DNA of 51,818 nucleotides, from assembly GCA_049964655.1 (NCBI GenBank), contig JBMFXC010000007.1, positions 1 to 51,818 of the forward strand, read 5' to 3'. The position numbers and the translations under genes were made by a program. Below are positions 46,806-51,818 of this stretch, one piece after another. This DNA is from Acidimicrobiales bacterium. Lineage in GTDB: Bacteria > Actinomycetota > Acidimicrobiia > Acidimicrobiales > RAAP-2. The notes beneath the pieces were generated by a model that saw nothing but the letters and a program-made list of their open reading frames with translations, was not told the origin of the DNA and searched no databases. The first letter of the stretch is position 1, and every line of letters starts with the position of its first letter.

Positions 46806-47124
46806 ACGATGGGGGCTTGCCCCCATGGTCAAGGTCGAGGTCGTCGTCTCGGGCGAGGACACCCAGGTGGTCACCGACCTGTTCTCGACGGCAGGGGCGG
46901 TGGGGTTCACCGCGGTGGCCAACGTGTCGGGCGTCGGCCACGGCGGTGCCCACCAGGGGAGACTGGCCTTCAACGACAGGAACGCCCTGGCGCTCCTGAT
47001 GGTGGTCCTTCCCCCCGACGGCGTGGACCGCCTCCTCGACGGGCTGCGGTCGCTCCTCGCCGAGCGTCCCGGCGTGCTGTTCGTGTCCGACACGTATGTG
47101 AGCCGTCCGGAGTACTTCCGATGA
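46798..47124 (+). CDS. PII-like signal-transduction protein (CPII/SbtB-analogous position)
   Basis: ATG at 46798 with GGAGAGGAGGAA just upstream; it overlaps the dabA stop by 8 nt. An alternative ATG at 46825 gives the canonical MVKVEVVV N-terminus. Beta-alpha-beta / loop / beta-alpha-beta pattern and a size of about 100-108 aa fit the PII superfamily. Confidence 0.72.
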   Translation: MDERWGLAPMVKVEVVVSGEDTQVVTDLFSTAGAVGFTAVANVSGVGHGGAHQGRLAFNDRNALALLMVVLPPDGVDRLLDGLRSLLAERPGVLFVSDTYVSRPEYFR

Positions 47125-48080
47125 CCCGCACCGCACCGTCCTCGGGGTCGCGGGCCGACGAACGCCTCGACACCGGCGGCCGGCTCGACGGGTTCCGGCT
47201 GCTCGTGACCGGCATCGCCACCGCAGACAGCATTGCCTTTGCGACTGCTCGCTCCGCCCAGCGCGCCGGGGCACGGGTGGTCGCAAGTGCCTTTCCCCGC
47301 GACGGCGACCGAGCCCGCCAGGCCGTCGCAACGCTGGACAACCCCATCCCCGTCGTCGAGTGCGACGCGACGTCCGCGGACGACCTGGGCCGACTCGGAG
47401 CAATCGTCGACAAGCTTCTCGGAGGGCTCGACGGCGTCGTGCACGCCATCGCCTACGCCCCGGCCGAGCTGCTCGGCGGGACGCTGCTTGACGCGCCGAC
47501 CGACAGGGTCGGGATCGCCTTCACGACCAGCGTGGTGAGCTACGTCGCCCTCGGCCGGCTCCTCGCCGGACTGGCGCCGACGGCCGGCGGGTCGCTCGTC
47601 GGGCTCGACTTCGACGCCTCGGGGGCTTGGCCCGTCTACAACTGGATGGGCATCTGCAAGGCAGCCCTCGAGTCGGCCAACCGCTACCTGGCCCGCGACC
47701 TCGGACCGCGGCGGATCCGGGCCAACTTGGTCGCCGCCGGCCCGCTCCACACCCGGGCGGCCGACGCCATCCCCGGGTTCGGGCACCTCCTCGAGGCATG
47801 GGAGACGACCGCCCCGCTCGGATGGGACCCCACCGACGCCGACGTCGCGGCCGACGCGGTGTGCTTCCTCCTGTCGGAGGCCGCCGCGGCCATCACCGGC
47901 GAGATCCTCCATGTCGACGGCGGCTACCACGCCATGGCGGCGCCGCTGCGTCCGATCGCCGGCGAGCCGACAGACCCGTCGACAAGCCAGGCGGCGACGC
48001 ACGACGACGACGTCACGGACGTGGACGACGGCCGACCGTTCGACATGACGCAAGCGGTCAGGGAAGGAGTAACGCGATGA
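47121..48080 (+). CDS. InhA/FabI-type NADH-dependent enoyl-[ACP] reductase homologue
   Basis: ATG at 47121 overlaps the PII-like TGA (ATGA). LLVTGIATADSIAF, and WPVYNWMGICKAALESANRYLARDLG..IRANLVAAGPL with Tyr-x6-Lys, closely resemble mycobacterial InhA. 319 aa, with a roughly 50-aa acidic C-terminal tail. Confidence 0.86.
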   Translation: MTRTAPSSGSRADERLDTGGRLDGFRLLVTGIATADSIAFATARSAQRAGARVVASAFPRDGDRARQAVATLDNPIPVVECDATSADDLGRLGAIVDKLLGGLDGVVHAIAYAPAELLGGTLLDAPTDRVGIAFTTSVVSYVALGRLLAGLAPTAGGSLVGLDFDASGAWPVYNWMGICKAALESANRYLARDLGPRRIRANLVAAGPLHTRAADAIPGFGHLLEAWETTAPLGWDPTDADVAADAVCFLLSEAAAAITGEILHVDGGYHAMAAPLRPIAGEPTDPSTSQAATHDDDVTDVDDGRPFDMTQAVREGVTR

Positions 48081-48853
48081 CCGTGCCAGCTGGGCTACAA
48101 CGAGGTGGCACCCCCCGCCACGGTGGTGGCGAGCGCCGACGGCGATCCAACCAGTGGAGTCCCGACCCGGGAAGCTCACCCCCGCCGTGCTGGCAGGAGG
48201 CGGCGAGCGACGGCGACCGGCTGCGGTTCGCCTGTGCCACGCTCGCCCGCCACGGCATCGCCGTCGCCCCCGCCCAGGACGGCCATCCCGCACAGATCGA
48301 GCGTCGCTTGGTGGCCGACGTCCGCTCCGCCTTCGAGGCCTCCGATGGCGCCGTGGTGTTCTGGACCGCCGAAGAGCACGCCCGCTCCCTCGGACCCGAC
48401 GGCACGTTGCTCGGTCGCCTGGTGGTCCACGTGCACGGTCCCGGCGTGGCGCGAGCCGCCACCGCCGCCTTCGAGCAGGCCGGACTCGCCGTGGATCCAG
48501 GACCAGTGCCGGGCGTCCTGCTCGTCGGTCCGGACCAGACCGAGGAGGACCCGACCACCGACTGGTTCGCGGGCATCGAGGTGCGGGGGGTCCGCACGGC
48601 ACGCCACCAGCCCGACGCCTCCGAGGTGAGCCGGAGGCTCGAGGCGACGACTCTTTGCGTCGAACGCGTCGACGCTCGTGACGACGGTTCGTTCGTCGTC
48701 GTGCTCACTCGCCACGACGGGGCACTGCTCACCGACTCCGACGTCGCCGACGCGCTCTCTGCACTGGGAGGCTTCTTCGGCTGGGAGAGCCTCGCCAAGG
48801 TGCGACCCGACGTCCTCGCTCCTCGCGGCGAGCAGCGTCGTCGCCTCCCGTGA
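48077..48853 (+). CDS. Hypothetical protein (258 aa), operon member
   Basis: ATG at 48077 overlaps the upstream TGA (ATGA), and its stop overlaps the next GTG. No motif I can assign. Composition is coding-like from about aa 45 onward. Confidence 0.62.
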   Translation: MTVPAGLQRGGTPRHGGGERRRRSNQWSPDPGSSPPPCWQEAASDGDRLRFACATLARHGIAVAPAQDGHPAQIERRLVADVRSAFEASDGAVVFWTAEEHARSLGPDGTLLGRLVVHVHGPGVARAATAAFEQAGLAVDPGPVPGVLLVGPDQTEEDPTTDWFAGIEVRGVRTARHQPDASEVSRRLEATTLCVERVDARDDGSFVVVLTRHDGALLTDSDVADALSALGGFFGWESLAKVRPDVLAPRGEQRRRLP

Positions 48854-49704
48854 CGGCGACCCAGGCCACCTACTCGGGGCGGACGGCGGCGCTGGCCACC
48901 AAGCACGGTAAAGGGCCGCTCATCGCTACCCCCCTCGCTGCCGTCGGCCTCGAGGTAGTCGTGACGCCCGTCGACACCGACAGCTTCGGCACCTTCACCG
49001 GCGAGGTCCCGCGTCGTGGTTCGCCCCTCGAGGTGGCCGTGCGCAAAGCCCGAGCCGCCATCGAGGCCTCTGGGCTCGACGTGGGCCTGGCCTCCGAAGG
49101 GTCCTTCGGTCCGCATCCGGCGATGCCCGTCGTGACCACCGATCTCGAGCTGGTCGTCCTGGTCGACGACCGCCTCGGGGTCACCGTGTCGGAACGGGTC
49201 GTCACCACGGCGACGGCGGCGGCATCACTCGAAGTGACCGCCACCACCGGCTCCGCCGAGCTCGAACGCTTCTGCAACCAGGTCGGCTTTCCCGACCAGG
49301 CGCTGATCTGCCGGCCGGCCGACGGCACGCGGCAGGCGATCACCAAGGCCATCACCTCCCTCGACGAGCTCCGCCGGGCCGTCCGCACCGCCACGGGGGC
49401 CTCCCGCGACCGACGCGCCGTGGTCGAGACCGACCTGCGCGCCCACCTCTGCCCCACGCGCCGGGTAGCCATCGTCGAGGCCGCGACCCGCCTGGCCCGG
49501 CGCCTGGCCTCACGCTGTCCCCGGTGCGACACCCCTGGCTTCGGACAGGTGGGGACCGAGGCAGGGCTCCCGTGCCGGTGGTGTGGCCTGCCCACCGACG
49601 CGCCAGCTGCACTCGTCGACGCGTGTGCGCGCTGCGACTTCCGGCAACGCCGGCCCGTCGCCGGCGACGCCGACCCGTCGACCTGTCCGGCCTGCAACCC
49701 CTGA
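48850..49704 (+). CDS. Hypothetical protein (284 aa) with a C-terminal 4xCxxC zinc-ribbon module
   Basis: GTG at 48850 overlaps the upstream TGA (GTGA). Conserved-looking N-domain (ATKHGKGPLIA, DTDSFGTFTGE, ASEGSFGPHP). C-terminal CPRC..CRWC..CARC..CPAC (49516-49701). Possibly DUF6671-like (memory only). Confidence 0.72.
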   Translation: MTATQATYSGRTAALATKHGKGPLIATPLAAVGLEVVVTPVDTDSFGTFTGEVPRRGSPLEVAVRKARAAIEASGLDVGLASEGSFGPHPAMPVVTTDLELVVLVDDRLGVTVSERVVTTATAAASLEVTATTGSAELERFCNQVGFPDQALICRPADGTRQAITKAITSLDELRRAVRTATGASRDRRAVVETDLRAHLCPTRRVAIVEAATRLARRLASRCPRCDTPGFGQVGTEAGLPCRWCGLPTDAPAALVDACARCDFRQRRPVAGDADPSTCPACNP

Positions 49705-49901
49705 CCGACTGCCTCCCCGGGGGTGACCAGGGCGCCGGCCAGCCTGCAACCCCGGACGGTCGAGCGCCGGCCCGGCCCGGTCCCGTCCACTCCGCCTGGC
49801 AACAGCACGTGCCAGCTCCCCGGCGAGCCGACGCGCAAGGAGCCGAGCAAGTGCGGTGACGACGGTGGGATCGACCCGTCCAGATCACCATCGGAGCTGC
49901 C

Positions 49902-50693
49902 GTGCCCTCGACCACAGACTCGACCACAGACCCTCGGCCGATGGCGGCCGTCCTGCAGGTGACCGCCTGGCACGACCCGGTCGTCGACGCCCACGGGATG
50001 CATCCCTGTTCGCGCTACGTCGAGCTCTACTGGCTCGGCGTGCTCGGTCCGTCGACGACGTGGTTGCTGCGCCGCGTCACCTACGGCCTCGAAGTGCACG
50101 AAACGGGCTTCGCCCTCGACCTCGTCGAGACCGCCTGCTCCCTCGGACTGGGAGGGAGACTGGGCCCCAACTCGTCCTTCCGGCGGGCCCTTCGCCGGCT
50201 CGTCACCTTCGAGCTGGCTCGCCCCTCCGGTCCCTCGGGCCTCGCCGTCCGTACACGGGTTCCCCCACTCCCGCTCCGTCATCTCCAACGACTTCCGGTG
50301 TCGTTGCAACGGAGCCACCAGCGCTACCTCGAAGAGCAGCTGCTCGACGACGTCGAGCGCAGTCGACGACGAGCGACCCGTCTGGCCGCCGGGCTGGCCG
50401 CCTCGGGGCAGGATGCTCGGGCCATCGAAGCCGCGCTCGCCCGCTGGCAGTTCCACCCCGCCGTCGCCTACCAGGTCGCTCGCGACGTCTTGGGCGGGGG
50501 CGGCGTCGCGGCAGCCGTCCCCGCTCGCACCGGTGACGCCAGCACCGGTGACGCTCGCACCGGTGACGCTCGCACCGGTGACGCCAGCACCGGTGACGCC
50601 AGCACCGGTGACGCCAGCCAGGACGGGACAGCCGCCCTCGGCGGAGGGCTCTACCCGGACGGGCCGCGACCGGTCTTGAGGGTTCCCCGGTAG
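49902..50693 (+). CDS. Hypothetical protein with a C-terminal (T/S)GDA(S/R) pentapeptide array
   Basis: GTG at 49902 with GGAG 5 nt upstream (alternative ATG at 49941). The N-domain YVELYWLGVLGPSTTWLLRRV...FRRALRRLVTFELA looks like a conserved actinobacterial, possibly winged-helix, protein. Confidence 0.62.
   Translation: MPSTTDSTTDPRPMAAVLQVTAWHDPVVDAHGMHPCSRYVELYWLGVLGPSTTWLLRRVTYGLEVHETGFALDLVETACSLGLGGRLGPNSSFRRALRRLVTFELARPSGPSGLAVRTRVPPLPLRHLQRLPVSLQRSHQRYLEEQLLDDVERSRRRATRLAAGLAASGQDARAIEAALARWQFHPAVAYQVARDVLGGGGVAAAVPARTGDASTGDARTGDARTGDASTGDASTGDASQDGTAALGGGLYPDGPRPVLRVPR
50528..50617. repeat. 15-bp tandem repeat x6 (CACCGGTGACGC(C/T)(A/C)G), coding
   Basis: Six exact-length units read directly. 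Two sequence variants occur in the order A-B-B-A-A-A. Confidence 0.92.
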
Positions 50694-50702
50694 GTTGGGC
50701 CC

Positions 50703-51674
<972 letters not shown>

Positions 51675-51763
51675 GCCAGAGCACGCGCCGCGAAGGGGCA
51701 GGCCCTCTCCGACGGGCTCGCCTCGGGGCATCCACCCGGCCTTGCCCCTACTCGCTCAGCTGA

Positions 51764-51818
51764 CGGCTCCTCCGGGTCGGCGGCTCCTCCGGGTCGGCGG
51801 CTCCTCCGGGTCGGCGGC
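51764..51818. repeat. 17-bp tandem repeat x3.2 (CGGCTCCTCCGGGTCGG), runs off the right edge
   Basis: Units at 51764-51780, 51781-51797 and 51798-51814, plus a partial unit. The unit length is not a multiple of 3. Confidence 0.88.

Overview
Very GC-rich (about 70% by eye, not computed) chromosomal segment of actinobacterial type. Supporting this: F420 cofD/cofE next to manC/wbbL/rmlD as in mycobacteria, an InhA-type reductase, frequent GTG starts, and leaderless-looking promoters. I recognised no rRNA, tRNA, CRISPR array, transposase, integrase or phage gene. I call about 42 protein genes. Many of the long ORFs in the track are GC-driven antisense shadows or in-frame upstream extensions of shorter real genes, and I trimmed them using 4-nt ATGA/GTGA stop-start overlaps, which are pervasive here.

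Layout:
- 0-6.3 kb: partial secreted Ser-rich protein, a large GT-C-like membrane protein, a CPBP protease and FtsH.
- 6.4-27.6 kb: a roughly 21 kb cell-envelope glycan supercluster. It holds a giant GT2-membrane fusion plus a DUF5719-like partner, three GT4 enzymes plus an Rmd-like reductase, and a nine-gene operon rmlB-rmlD-ugd-uxs-GT2-wbbL-like-membrane protein-manC-galE-like. F420 genes cofD-cofE are embedded in it.
- 27.7-36.4 kb: carboxylation and lipid genes (birA, accA, M20 hydrolase, MarR+MFS, acyl-CoA mutase large subunit, desaturase).
- 36.5-42 kb: a domain-permuted rhodanese-ThiF (MoeZ-like) gene with a SigH/SigR-type promoter, nitroreductase paralogues, a beta-helix protein, DUF1801 and a quinone reductase.
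- 42.2-49.7 kb: the most interesting locus. A divergent wHTH regulator faces a six-gene, fully translationally coupled operon: DabB-DabA (energy-coupled inorganic-carbon pump), a PII-like protein, an InhA-type enoyl-ACP reductase and two uncharacterised proteins (one with 4 CxxC motifs).
- 49.9-51.8 kb: a hypothetical protein and an aldo/keto reductase.

The window is also unusually dense in short tandem repeats (9-22 bp units). One of them, a 22-bp duplication, creates the stop codon that separates the UDP-GlcA decarboxylase from the downstream GT2.

All family assignments come from motif recognition by eye. No searches were run.
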